DNA of 64,000 bases, from contig DATCFY010000058.1 of the NCBI GenBank assembly GCA_036509255.1, forward strand, positions 5,988 through 69,987, given 5' to 3'. Position numbers and translations under genes: made by a program. The DNA is from Streptosporangiaceae bacterium (GTDB lineage: Bacteria; Actinomycetota; Actinomycetes; Streptosporangiales; Streptosporangiaceae). Shown here in pieces: positions 8,852 through 17,628 of the stretch. Every line of letters starts with the position of its first letter. The stretch's first letter is position 1. The notes below the pieces were generated by a model. That model was not told the DNA's origin. It did no database searches and saw nothing but the letters and a program-made list of their open reading frames with translations.

Positions 8852-9801
8852 ACGCCACCCTGGAGGCCCGTTACCGGCGGCTGCTGGTCATGTATCCGGC
8901 GGAGCACCGGCGCAAGCACCAGGACGAGATGCTCGGCGTGCTGATGACCGGGGCGCGCGCCGGGCAGCTCCGGCCGGGAGTAAGGGACACCGCCAACCTC
9001 ATCTGGGGCGCTCTGCTGATCAGGCTCCGCCCGGCCCGCCGCGATACCGCGTGGCCGCTCTGGCGAGACGCCCTGGCCGTGGTGAGCGTCCTGCTGCCGC
9101 TGATCGTGGCGGCCTACTCCGCGCTGCCGAGCCTCGCCGCCCTGGCCTCGCACGCGGAAGGCACGAGCCTCGTCGTGTTCGCGGTCGTTAACGCCCAGAC
9201 CCTCGGCGGCTGGCTGATCCTGGCCGTCCTGACCCTGCTGCGCCTGCGCCGCACCGCCATGCTCACGGCGGCGGCCCTGCTCATCTGGCTGGCTTATATG
9301 GCCTCGTTCCAGATCTACTGGGGATACCTCGGCGCCACATCGATGGTCACCCTGGCCGCCGCCGGGCTGGAGCTCGCGGCCCTCGTGGCCTCAGCCGGCC
9401 CGGCCCGGGCGATGCAGATCCTGGGCTGGCAGCATTACGCGGCCGCCCTGGCGATCCCGCTGGGCCTGGCGGCCGCCGTTCACTGGCTCTGGCCCGATCA
9501 CCTCGCCGTCTCGGCCGCGATCGTGATCACTGTCTGTGCCATGCCCCTGGCCGGCCTGACGCTGGCGTCCCCCCTGGGCAAGCGCGTGGCCACTCTCCTG
9601 GCCCTCCCGGCCTATTACCTGATCGTGTACATCCTCACGCCGCCGCCGATGATCGGCGGCCCCTACGTGTCCACCCCAGGGTCGGCAGGACCGCTGCGGA
9701 TCACGCTGAGCCTTCTGCCGCTCGCAGTGCTGCTATGCGTGGCTTTCCGGGCAGCCCTGCGGGCCGTCCGGCACATCCCGGCCAGCGGCCAGCAATCCTA
9801 G
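8848..9801 (+). CDS. Integral membrane protein co-transcribed with PadR
   Basis: 4-nt overlap with padR. Multiple hydrophobic helices. N-terminus LEARYRRLLVMYPAEHRRKHQDEMLGVL is typical of PadR-associated membrane partners. Confidence 0.7.
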   Translation: MNATLEARYRRLLVMYPAEHRRKHQDEMLGVLMTGARAGQLRPGVRDTANLIWGALLIRLRPARRDTAWPLWRDALAVVSVLLPLIVAAYSALPSLAALASHAEGTSLVVFAVVNAQTLGGWLILAVLTLLRLRRTAMLTAAALLIWLAYMASFQIYWGYLGATSMVTLAAAGLELAALVASAGPARAMQILGWQHYAAALAIPLGLAAAVHWLWPDHLAVSAAIVITVCAMPLAGLTLASPLGKRVATLLALPAYYLIVYILTPPPMIGGPYVSTPGSAGPLRITLSLLPLAVLLCVAFRAALRAVRHIPASGQQS

Positions 9802-9827
9802 GCTTAACCCAATTCCGGGCCTGTGCC

Positions 9828-9968
9828 TCAGCCCTTGGCGAGATGCTGGAAAAAGGACAAGATGCCGGAAACCCAAGAATGCACGTCATTACCGGACCCG
9901 GCGGGCGTGGATACAATCCAGACGACAATCAGTATGCCCACGACCCAGCCCAATACCTTAGCCAGCAC
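9828..9968 (-). CDS. Small (46 aa) hydrophobic protein, GTG start
   Basis: Not in the ORF track. Own translation gives MLAKVLGWVVGILIVVWIVSTPAGSGNDVHSWVSGILSFFQHLAKG. GAGGGGA RBS lies 5 nt upstream. It has a predicted TM helix plus an amphipathic tail. Confidence 0.35.
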   Translation of the reverse strand: MLAKVLGWVVGILIVVWIVSTPAGSGNDVHSWVSGILSFFQHLAKG

Positions 9969-10475
9969 GCGTTTCCCCTCCGCTCAACGCAGGTGCCTGG
10001 ACGCGCCGCCCTTAGAGCGGGATGCGCAGCGGTAGCGACCGCGATTTCCCGCAACCTAGCAGGTCAGCGCCCCGTGCCAGGTTCCAAGTTGATCACGCAC
10101 AGTAACGCAGCGCAAGGATAATGCAGGTAAAATCACCGGGGAGTTTGATCGCATTCGGTGCACATTAACTAATACCCGGCCAGCTTATGCTGCGGCGGCG
10201 GTCAAAGCCGGGCCACTTCCAGACCTCAGGCCCCCGCAGGCGCCTTTACGTAAAGCGTCATGCCGACAGGAACCAAAACGTCCCGCGGGATCGTAAGCAG
10301 GCATCCGGCGGCGGCAATTCTCGCGTCTGGCGGGCGGCAATCGCGCGCCTATCCCGGATCGCCGCGGAAGGGCCCGGCCACTCAGCGCCCCGGTCCCGGT
10401 CTTCATGTTTCGCCCCCTCAGCTGAGGTAGGGTTTCGTGAAGTAGGGCTGACGCACCGTCGGCAGGGAGGTCGCG

Positions 10476-10532
10476 ATGGCGGCACGGGTCTGCGCGCTGT
10501 GGGGCATCGTCGTCGAGGTGAGCCGGCTCTGA
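10476..10532 (+). CDS. Candidate 18-codon upstream ORF coupled to the XRE-ImmA gene
   Basis: Translates as MAARVCALWGIVVEVSRL. Strong GGGAGG RBS 5 nt upstream and high GC3. Its TGA overlaps the downstream ATG (TGATG). Confidence 0.3.
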   Translation: MAARVCALWGIVVEVSRL

Positions 10533-11647
10533 TGCCGCGCGGACAGGCGGCGGTCCTGACCCCGTCCCGGCTGGTGATCGCCCGGAAGCGGCGCGGCCTC
10601 ACCCTGACCCAGCTGGCCGGGCTGACCGGCCTGAGCACGCGCAGCATTTCCCTGTACGAGAACGGCCACCAGGAGCCGTCCGCGGACACGCTGCGGGAGC
10701 TGGCCGGAGCGCTCGACGTGTCCCCCGCCTTCCTGGGCGCACCCGACGTCGGCGAGATCCAGCCGGCCGCGGTGAGCTTCCGGGCGCTGAGCAAGATGAC
10801 CGCCCGGCAGCGGGACCGGGCGCTGAGCGCGGGCCGGGTCGCGTTGCTGATCAACGACTGGATCGACACCAGGTTCCGGCTCCCGGAGACCGACATCCCG
10901 GGCCTCACCGGCGACGATCCCGAGGCGGCCGCCGAGGTGGTCCGGGCCCGCTGGGGCCTGGGTGAGCGCCCGGTCAGCAACGTGCTCCACCTGCTGGAGT
11001 CCCGGGGGGCCCGGATCTTCTCGCTGACCCCGGAGAACACCGAGCTCGACGCCTACTCGCTGTACTGGCAGGGACAGCCGTTCATCTTCCTCGCCACCGG
11101 CAAGAGTGGCGAGCGGGGCCGCTTTGACGCCGCCCACGAGCTCGGCCACCTCGTCCTGCACGGCGAGCACCAGACGCCCGGCCGCCCGGCCGCCGAGGTT
11201 GAGGCCAACCGCTTCGCTGCCGCGTTCCTGATGCCCCGGGCCAGCGTGCTGGCCGAGGGCCTGCGCGACGCCACCCCGGCCCGGATCCTGGGCGCCAAGC
11301 GGACCTGGAAAGTGTCGGCCATGGCGCTCACCCACCGGCTGCACGAGCTGGACCTGCTGACCGACTGGGGCTACCGGACCGCGTGCGCGCAGCTCTCCCG
11401 GCTCGGCTACCGCTACAGCGAGCCGCAGGGCATCGAGCGCGAATCCTCGCAGCTGCTGGCCAAGGTGTTCCGGGCCGTCCGGGACGGCGGGGAGACTCCC
11501 GCCACGATCGCTGCCTCGATCGGGATCAGCACGAACGAGCTTCAGTCGCACGTGTTCGGCCTCACGCTGACCGCGGTGCCGGGCGACGGCCAGGCCGTGG
11601 GGACCCCGGCCCGGCACGGTCTGCGCCTGGTCCCGCCCCCCGGCTGA
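10532..11647 (+). CDS. XRE-family HTH fused to an ImmA/IrrE (M78, DUF955) metallopeptidase domain
   Basis: N-terminal HTH (RRGLTLTQLAGLTGLSTRSISLYENG) and HEXXH (AAHELGHLVLH) with downstream EANRFAAAFLMP. The ORF opens at 10187, but ATG 10532 begins the HTH. Confidence 0.8.
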   Translation: MPRGQAAVLTPSRLVIARKRRGLTLTQLAGLTGLSTRSISLYENGHQEPSADTLRELAGALDVSPAFLGAPDVGEIQPAAVSFRALSKMTARQRDRALSAGRVALLINDWIDTRFRLPETDIPGLTGDDPEAAAEVVRARWGLGERPVSNVLHLLESRGARIFSLTPENTELDAYSLYWQGQPFIFLATGKSGERGRFDAAHELGHLVLHGEHQTPGRPAAEVEANRFAAAFLMPRASVLAEGLRDATPARILGAKRTWKVSAMALTHRLHELDLLTDWGYRTACAQLSRLGYRYSEPQGIERESSQLLAKVFRAVRDGGETPATIAASIGISTNELQSHVFGLTLTAVPGDGQAVGTPARHGLRLVPPPG

Positions 11648-11718
11648 AACCCCGTCCGCGGGCTGAAATCCCGTCCCCGGGCTGAAATCCCGTCCCCGGG
11701 CTGAACCCGCGTGCCCCG
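11642..11718. repeat. Four tandem copies of a 19-20 nt unit GGCTGAAAYCCCGTCCSCG
   Basis: Read directly at 11642-11660, 11661-11679, 11680-11698 and 11699-11718 (last copy degenerate). The first unit contains the XRE-ImmA stop codon. Confidence 0.8.
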
Positions 11719-11737
11719 GCCGGCCCGCGGGCCGGCC
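11718..11737 (+). terminator. GC-rich hairpin GGCCGGCCC-GC-GGGCCGGCC
   Basis: Perfect 9-bp inverted repeat immediately after the tandem repeats. No U-tract follows. Confidence 0.35.
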
Positions 11738-12117
11738 GTAAATCAGTCGCCGCCCGGCCTGGCCCGGGGAATGATGCCCGCCATGGACGGAGACGGCTCC
11801 GCAGACTCACGCTACGCCCGGATGCGGTGGAACACCCCGCTGCCCGAATCGCACGCTCGCCTGGCCTGAGCGGCGGCGCGGAGGCGACTCCCCGGTGATC
11901 GTCCCCGGCGCTATCCCTGGCTGACGTCGCGGCGGGGCCAGCACGCCAATGCTGATCGCCAAGTCAGGGCAGAGGAGCGTGACCAGCCTGGCACGGTAAC
12001 CCGGACTCTCCGCCGAGGCCCCCCCTCACCCCCCTAGAAGGTGCTCGGTCACGCAGGCATGATCCCAGGTTCACCAGGTCATCTGACTTGCGTATGGTTT
12101 AGTCAGAGCTTACAGTC

Positions 12118-12141
12118 CTGGCTAATACCTCATTTAGCCAG
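12118..12141. promoter_or_regulatory. Perfect inverted repeat CTGGCTAA-N8-TTAGCCAG (candidate operator)
   Basis: Lies 22 nt upstream of the SDR start. A third half-site, TTAGTCAG, is at 12099-12106. Confidence 0.4.
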
Positions 12142-12162
12142 CCTTATCCTCCTGGAGCCGTC

Positions 12163-12861
12163 ATGGACATCTCAGCCAGCACCGCCCTCGTCACCGGGGC
12201 CAACCGCGGATTCGGCCGGGCGCTGGCCGCGGAACTGATCAGCCGCGGCGCGCGCGTGTACGCCGGCGCCCGCGACCCGGCCGCGGTCAGCCTGCCCGGC
12301 GCCATCCCCGTGGCGCTGGACATCACCGACCCGGCGTCGGTCGCCGCCGCCGCGGCAGCCGCGGGCGACGTCACGTTGCTGGTCAACAACGCGGGGGTCG
12401 GCACCGGGGCATCGCTGCTGGACGGCGACCTGGAGCAGCTCCGGCTGGAGATGGATACTCACTTCTTCGGCACGCTCGCGGTGACCCGGGCCTTCGCGCC
12501 GAAGATCGCCGCGAACGGCGGCGGGTCCATCCTGAACATCCTGTCCGCGCTGTCCTGGATCAGCTTCCCGCGCATCGGCGGGTACTGCGCGGCCAAGTCC
12601 GCCGAGTGGTCGCTGACCAACGCGCTGCGCCAGGAACTCGCGCCGCAGGGCATCCGGGTCAGCGGGCTGCACGTGGGCTACATGGACACCGACCTGGCCG
12701 CCCGGGTCGACGCGGCCAAGCTGGACCCCCGGGATGTCGCCGTGACCGCAGTGGACGGCGTCGCCGCGGGCGCCTACGAGATCCTGGCCGACGAGCTCAG
12801 CCAGAAGCTCCAGGCGGGCCTGGCCGGCGGGGTCAGCGCCCTGTACCCGGATCTTCCCTGA
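12163..12861 (+). CDS. SDR-family oxidoreductase
   Basis: ALVTGANRGFGRALA, NNAG and YCAAK (Tyr-X3-Lys) motifs. Confidence 0.85.
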   Translation: MDISASTALVTGANRGFGRALAAELISRGARVYAGARDPAAVSLPGAIPVALDITDPASVAAAAAAAGDVTLLVNNAGVGTGASLLDGDLEQLRLEMDTHFFGTLAVTRAFAPKIAANGGGSILNILSALSWISFPRIGGYCAAKSAEWSLTNALRQELAPQGIRVSGLHVGYMDTDLAARVDAAKLDPRDVAVTAVDGVAAGAYEILADELSQKLQAGLAGGVSALYPDLP

Positions 12862-12899
12862 ACTGTGCCGCGCTGAATTAGGCAAGCACAAGTCAGGCG

Positions 12900-13400
12900 A
12901 TGGTGGACGCATACAGTGGGCACATGGTGTCTGCGACTGTCCGGCTGACCGGCCCGCTCGACTCGCGGGAGAACTTCGACAACGCCGCCTGCCCGATCGC
13001 GGGGGCCATCGACGTGGTCGGCGCCCGGTCCGCGTTCCTGCTGCTGCGCGAGGCCTTCTACGGGACCTCCCGGTTCGACGACTTCGCGGAGCGGGTGGGA
13101 ATCAGCCAGCCGGTCGCGGCGGCCCGGCTCCGGGAACTGGTCGCAGACGGGCTGCTGGCGCGTGAGCCGTATCAGGAGCCAGGCCAGCGGACCCGGATGC
13201 AGTACCGGCTGACCGAGAAGGGCACGGAGTTCTTCCCGGTGCTGGCCGCGCTGATGGAGTGGGGCAACCGCTGGGTCCGGCCTGCCCCGCTGGAGTTCCG
13301 GCACCGGGACTGCGGCGAGCCGGTGCACACCGAACTGCGCTGCGCCCGGGATCACCACGTCGCGGCCAGCGACCTCGACCTGGTCCTGACCAAGGGATAG
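12900..13400 (+). CDS. HxlR-family winged-helix transcriptional regulator
   Basis: CPIAGAIDVVGARSAFLLLREAFYGTSRFDDFAERVGISQPVAAARLRELV is a typical HxlR core. Alternative start at 12924. Confidence 0.8.
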   Translation: MVDAYSGHMVSATVRLTGPLDSRENFDNAACPIAGAIDVVGARSAFLLLREAFYGTSRFDDFAERVGISQPVAAARLRELVADGLLAREPYQEPGQRTRMQYRLTEKGTEFFPVLAALMEWGNRWVRPAPLEFRHRDCGEPVHTELRCARDHHVAASDLDLVLTKG

Positions 13401-13436
13401 CAGACCCGGCCCCCGCGCCCTGGGCAGGCGGCGCGG

Positions 13437-14888
13437 TCAGCGAGTCCCCGCGCAGTCCTCCTCGTCACAAGGCCGCACGATGGGGCCGACCCCCGCGATC
13501 GCCCGCGCCTGGGCCCGGGCCAGCAGGACCGCGGCCGCCTGCACCGCGTTCTCCCCCGTGCGGGACATCCGGCTGGCGATCAGCCCGGTCACGATCGGGG
13601 TCGAGAACGACGTGCCGCTGCACCGGGCCATCCCGTGGAAATGGCGTTGCCCGTGCCCATCCGGCGGGACGTAGCAGTGGTAGGTCCCGGTGGCCCAGGC
13701 GTTGACCAGTCCGCGGCCGCGCGCGTACACGTCCACCCAGCTGCCGTAGTTGCTGAAGCTGGCCCGGGTGCGCCCGTCCGCCGCCAGCGCCCCCACCGCG
13801 ATCATGCCGTCGAACGCCGCGGGCCAGAATCGGCGGCGGGAGCTGTTGTTCCCGGCGGCCACCACGCACGCGACACCCTTGTGCTGGCGGAGCCGACGCC
13901 GCCACGCGTCGAACGCCGTAAGCGGGAGGAGCTTGCGCGTCGGGGACGCGATGGTCAGGTTGAACAGGTCGTATCCCTGGTCCAGGGCCGAGTCCAGCTT
14001 GGGCACCGCGTCCGCCTCCAGCGCGCTGCCCGCGATGTTGAACACGTTCGCGCAGTAGAGCTCGACCGCGGGCGCCATGCACCGGAGCACCCCGGCGACG
14101 AACGTGCCGTGCCCGACGTACGGGACGATCACCTCCGGGTCGCTTCCGGGCGGCACGAGGCCCGGGTCCGGGTCCGGGTCGCCCTGCACGCCGGCCAGCC
14201 AGGCGTGCGCGTCGGCCGCGCCGGCCACCAGCCCGGTGTCGGCCACGAAGACCCGGACTCCCCCGCCGTGATTTCCCGGGCAGGGCCCGGGCTCCGGCTC
14301 GGTGCCGTAGGGGACCTCCTCCGGCTCCGTGGCCATGCAGGGCACGACCGGGGACACGGTCACGACGTGATTCGGGGTCGCGACGCCGGCGCCCAGCTGC
14401 CGGTCGATCTCGCCCAGGGCCAGGAGCACGCCGGACGGGGCTTGCTCGTCCCCGGGCTCGGTGTCATCGTCCCGGCGGTCGTCGTCCTGGTAACGGCTGC
14501 CGGCCAGCGCGAGCGCCACCACCCCCTGGGTGACGCGCCGCAGTTGCGGGAGCCAGGGGGGCGGTTCCCCGGATTCCCCGGCTCCCTCCGGCTCAGGTCC
14601 GGGCGCGGCGTCCGGCCCGGCTTCCGGCACGGGGCGCTCCGGCGGGAACCGGCCTTCCGGGTACACCGGGGGCAGGATTTCCGCCCTCGGCCGCGCCACG
14701 ATCACCAGCACCCGGTCCAGATCCTCGTCCCGGACGAGGAGGACGCCTTTCTGGTACATGAACGCGATTCCGCCATCCAGGTCGGGTTCCGTTTTCACGT
14801 GTATTCCGGCCCGGCGGAACGCATGTTTTATCACACTGGCCTCGGCTATCGCGGTGGGATCGAGCCTGGGCCTGCCTGCGTCGGCCAT
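13437..14888 (-). CDS. Cytoplasmic S8-family (subtilisin-like) serine peptidase with an N-terminal region of about 190 aa of unknown function
   Basis: Catalytic triad motifs VFVADTG (Asp), HGTFVAG (His) and CSGTSFSTP (Ser). No signal peptide. ATG 14888 is preceded by AGGAGG. The ORF track extends to 14975. Confidence 0.85.
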   Translation of the reverse strand: MADAGRPRLDPTAIAEASVIKHAFRRAGIHVKTEPDLDGGIAFMYQKGVLLVRDEDLDRVLVIVARPRAEILPPVYPEGRFPPERPVPEAGPDAAPGPEPEGAGESGEPPPWLPQLRRVTQGVVALALAGSRYQDDDRRDDDTEPGDEQAPSGVLLALGEIDRQLGAGVATPNHVVTVSPVVPCMATEPEEVPYGTEPEPGPCPGNHGGGVRVFVADTGLVAGAADAHAWLAGVQGDPDPDPGLVPPGSDPEVIVPYVGHGTFVAGVLRCMAPAVELYCANVFNIAGSALEADAVPKLDSALDQGYDLFNLTIASPTRKLLPLTAFDAWRRRLRQHKGVACVVAAGNNSSRRRFWPAAFDGMIAVGALAADGRTRASFSNYGSWVDVYARGRGLVNAWATGTYHCYVPPDGHGQRHFHGMARCSGTSFSTPIVTGLIASRMSRTGENAVQAAAVLLARAQARAIAGVGPIVRPCDEEDCAGTR

Positions 14889-14952
14889 GGTGTGCCTCCT
14901 ATGCTCCGTAAAGCCATAGACGTCGGAATGGCACCGATCTAGCATCGGCGCT

Positions 14953-17628
14953 GTGGGGGGCAAAAGCCAGGTCATTACCCCGGCTGCGGCCGGCGTGCCG
15001 GAATTGCTGACCTTCGCCGCGTCCCGGCCACGGGAAGGGCTGGCCCGGGCCCGCGCGATACTCGCGGGCCGGCCGACGCCGCTGGAGGCGTCCGTCGCGC
15101 ACCACGCCGCCGGGTTCGTGCTGCGTGAGTTCGGCGACCTCGGCGCGGCCCTCCGCGAACTGCGGGCCGCGCTGCGCGCGGCACGGCAGGCCGGGTCCCC
15201 TTCCCGCGAGGCGGATGTGCTGGCCTCGCTCGGCGTCGCGCTGGTCTACGCGGGCCGGACCAGTGCCGGGCTGGCCGCGCTCGACCAGGCGGGACGGCAG
15301 GCCAGTGGTAACCAGGCGGCCCGCATCCTGCATCGCCGGGCCATCGTGCTGTGGACCCTGGGCCGCTACCCCGAGGCGCTCGGCGACCTGCACCGGGCGG
15401 TGGCCACGCTGCGCCGGGACGGGGACATCATCTGGGCCGGGCGCGCGCTCACCGCCCGGGCGCTGGTCTACCTGGCCCAGGGGCGCACCCGGCAGGCGGC
15501 GCGGGATCTGGCTGCGGCCGAGCGGCTGTTCGCCGGGACCGGCCAGGAGCTCGAATCCGCCTACCTGGTGCACAACCGGGGCATCGTCGCGTTCCGCACC
15601 GGGGACCTCCCGATGGCGCTGAGCTGCCTGGATGAGGCGGCCCGGCGGTATTCGTCGCTGGACGTGCCGCCGCCGGACCTCAGCCTCGACCGGTGCGCGG
15701 TGCTGCTCGCGGCGGGCCTGCCCGGCGACGCGCTGACCCGGGCGGAACAGGCCATCGGCGAGTTCGAGCGGATCCGCGGCCAGTCCACCAAGAAGGCGGA
15801 GCTGCTGCTGGCCGCGGCCAGCGCCGCGCTCGCGGCGGACCAGCCGCCGGTGGCCCTGGCCCGCGCCCAGGCGGCCCGGCGCCTGTTCCGGGCCCAGCAC
15901 CGGGACCGGTGGGCGGCGCACGCCGGGTTCCTGGTGCTCAGCGCCCGCTTCGCCCAGGGCGAGGGTTCCGCGCCGCTGCTCCGGGCGGCGGGCCAGCTGG
16001 CCGGCGACCTCGACCGGCTGGGCTCGGCAGAGGCACCGCAGGCGCACCTGCTGGCCGGGCGGATCGCACTGCGGCTCGGCCGGCCGGACGAGTCCCGCCG
16101 TCATCTCGCGGCGGCCGCCCGCAGCCGCTTCCGCGGGCCGGCCTACTCCCGGGCGGCCGGCTGGCTGGCCGAGGCCCTGCTGGCGGAGGTGGCCGCCAAT
16201 CCGCGCCGCCTGCTGCACGCCTGCCGCCGCGGGCTGGACGTGCTGGACGGGCACCGGCTCACGCTGGGCGCCTCTGAGCTGCGGGCCCAGGCCACGGCAG
16301 CTGGCGCCGAGCTGGCGGAGCTGGCGCTGCGCCAGGCGCTCCGCTCGGGCCGACCCCGGCCCCTGCTGTGCTGGAGCGAGCGATGGCGGGCCACTGCGCT
16401 GGCCGTGCCCACGGTGCGGCCCGGCGACGACCGGGAACTGGCCGCCGATCTGTCCGCCGCCCGGGATGCCGCCAGCCGCGTGGCCCAGGCCGAGGCCCGC
16501 GGCCGCCCCGTGGCCGCACTGCGCCAGCAGCAGCGGGCGCTGGAAGACGCGGTCCGGGCTCGGGTGATGCGCGCCCCGGGGTCCGCCGGCACCGGCGGCG
16601 GCCGGGAGCTCGATCCCGGCGTCCTGCTGGCCGCGCTGGACGGAACGCAGCTGGTGCAGATCGTCAGCATCGGCGCCGAGCTGCACGTCCTGGTCTGCGG
16701 CGGAGGCCGGGTCCGGCACGTCGCGGCAGGCCAGGCGGATCAGGCCATCCGGGCGACCGAGCTGGCCCGGTTCGGCCTGCGCCGGCTGGCCCATAGCCGG
16801 CCGGCCCGCGACCCGCCCGGGAGCCCGCGGGAGGGCCCGCCGGACAGCACCGGCAGCGCGTTCGCGCTCCTGGATGTGACGGGACGCCAGCTGGAGCGGA
16901 CGCTGCTCGGCGACGCGGTCCGCCACCTCGGCGACGGGCCCGTGGTCATCGTCCCGCCGGGCCGGTTCCACGCGATTCCCTGGGCCCTGCTGCCGTCGCT
17001 GCGGGACCGGGTGGTCAGCGTGGCCCCGTCGGCCCGGGCCTGGCTGCGGGCCCGGGCGGCCACGCCGCCGGCCCGGCGGCACGCGGTCCTGGCCCGCGGC
17101 CCGGGCCTGGGCACCGGGGGCGCCGAGGTCCCGGCCCTGGCGCCGCTGTACGACGACGTCACCGTCCTGGGTGACGGGGCCGCCACGAGCGGGCGCCTGC
17201 TGGAGGCCATCGACGGCGCCTGGCTGGCGCACATCGCGGCGCACGGCACGTTCCGGGCCGACAGCCCGCTGTTCTCCTCGCTGCGGATGGCCGACGGCCC
17301 GCTCACGGTCTACGACTTCGAGCGGCTGCGCCGCGCGCCGCACCTCGTGATCCTGCCCTGCTGCGACTCGGGCCGGCTCGCCCCGGCCGGCGCGGACGAA
17401 CTCCTCGGCCTGGTCAGCAGCCTCCTGCCGCTGGGCACGGCCGGGGTGGTCGCCAGTGTCGCGCCGCTCAATGACCAAGCGGCGGTCCCGCTGATGCTGG
17501 CGCTGCATCAGCGGCTGCGCTCCGGCCAGACGCTCGCCGGGAGCCTGTGCGCGATCAGGCGTCAGGTCAGGAATGATCCGGTCCTCCTCGGCGCGGCCTG
17601 GTCCTTGGTGGCGCTCGGCGCGGGCTAG
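14953..17628 (+). CDS. TPR-repeat / CHAT-domain (caspase-like) protease
   Basis: About 600 aa of TPR-like helical repeats, then a CHAT core with HIAAHG (His codon 17242-17244) and LVILPCCDSG (Cys codons 17359-17364). No signal peptide. Confidence 0.85.
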   Translation: MGGKSQVITPAAAGVPELLTFAASRPREGLARARAILAGRPTPLEASVAHHAAGFVLREFGDLGAALRELRAALRAARQAGSPSREADVLASLGVALVYAGRTSAGLAALDQAGRQASGNQAARILHRRAIVLWTLGRYPEALGDLHRAVATLRRDGDIIWAGRALTARALVYLAQGRTRQAARDLAAAERLFAGTGQELESAYLVHNRGIVAFRTGDLPMALSCLDEAARRYSSLDVPPPDLSLDRCAVLLAAGLPGDALTRAEQAIGEFERIRGQSTKKAELLLAAASAALAADQPPVALARAQAARRLFRAQHRDRWAAHAGFLVLSARFAQGEGSAPLLRAAGQLAGDLDRLGSAEAPQAHLLAGRIALRLGRPDESRRHLAAAARSRFRGPAYSRAAGWLAEALLAEVAANPRRLLHACRRGLDVLDGHRLTLGASELRAQATAAGAELAELALRQALRSGRPRPLLCWSERWRATALAVPTVRPGDDRELAADLSAARDAASRVAQAEARGRPVAALRQQQRALEDAVRARVMRAPGSAGTGGGRELDPGVLLAALDGTQLVQIVSIGAELHVLVCGGGRVRHVAAGQADQAIRATELARFGLRRLAHSRPARDPPGSPREGPPDSTGSAFALLDVTGRQLERTLLGDAVRHLGDGPVVIVPPGRFHAIPWALLPSLRDRVVSVAPSARAWLRARAATPPARRHAVLARGPGLGTGGAEVPALAPLYDDVTVLGDGAATSGRLLEAIDGAWLAHIAAHGTFRADSPLFSSLRMADGPLTVYDFERLRRAPHLVILPCCDSGRLAPAGADELLGLVSSLLPLGTAGVVASVAPLNDQAAVPLMLALHQRLRSGQTLAGSLCAIRRQVRNDPVLLGAAWSLVALGAG

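Noticed and set aside
10013-10100. tRNA-like fragment (GCGCAGCGGTAGCG D-arm-like string and GGTTCCAAG T-loop-like string).
   Set aside because: No acceptor-stem complementarity and no consistent anticodon or T stems. It cannot be folded into a cloverleaf.
11642-11718. Possible CRISPR array.
   Set aside because: The units are directly adjacent 19-mers with no spacers, there are only four copies, and no cas genes are present. It is reported as a tandem repeat instead.
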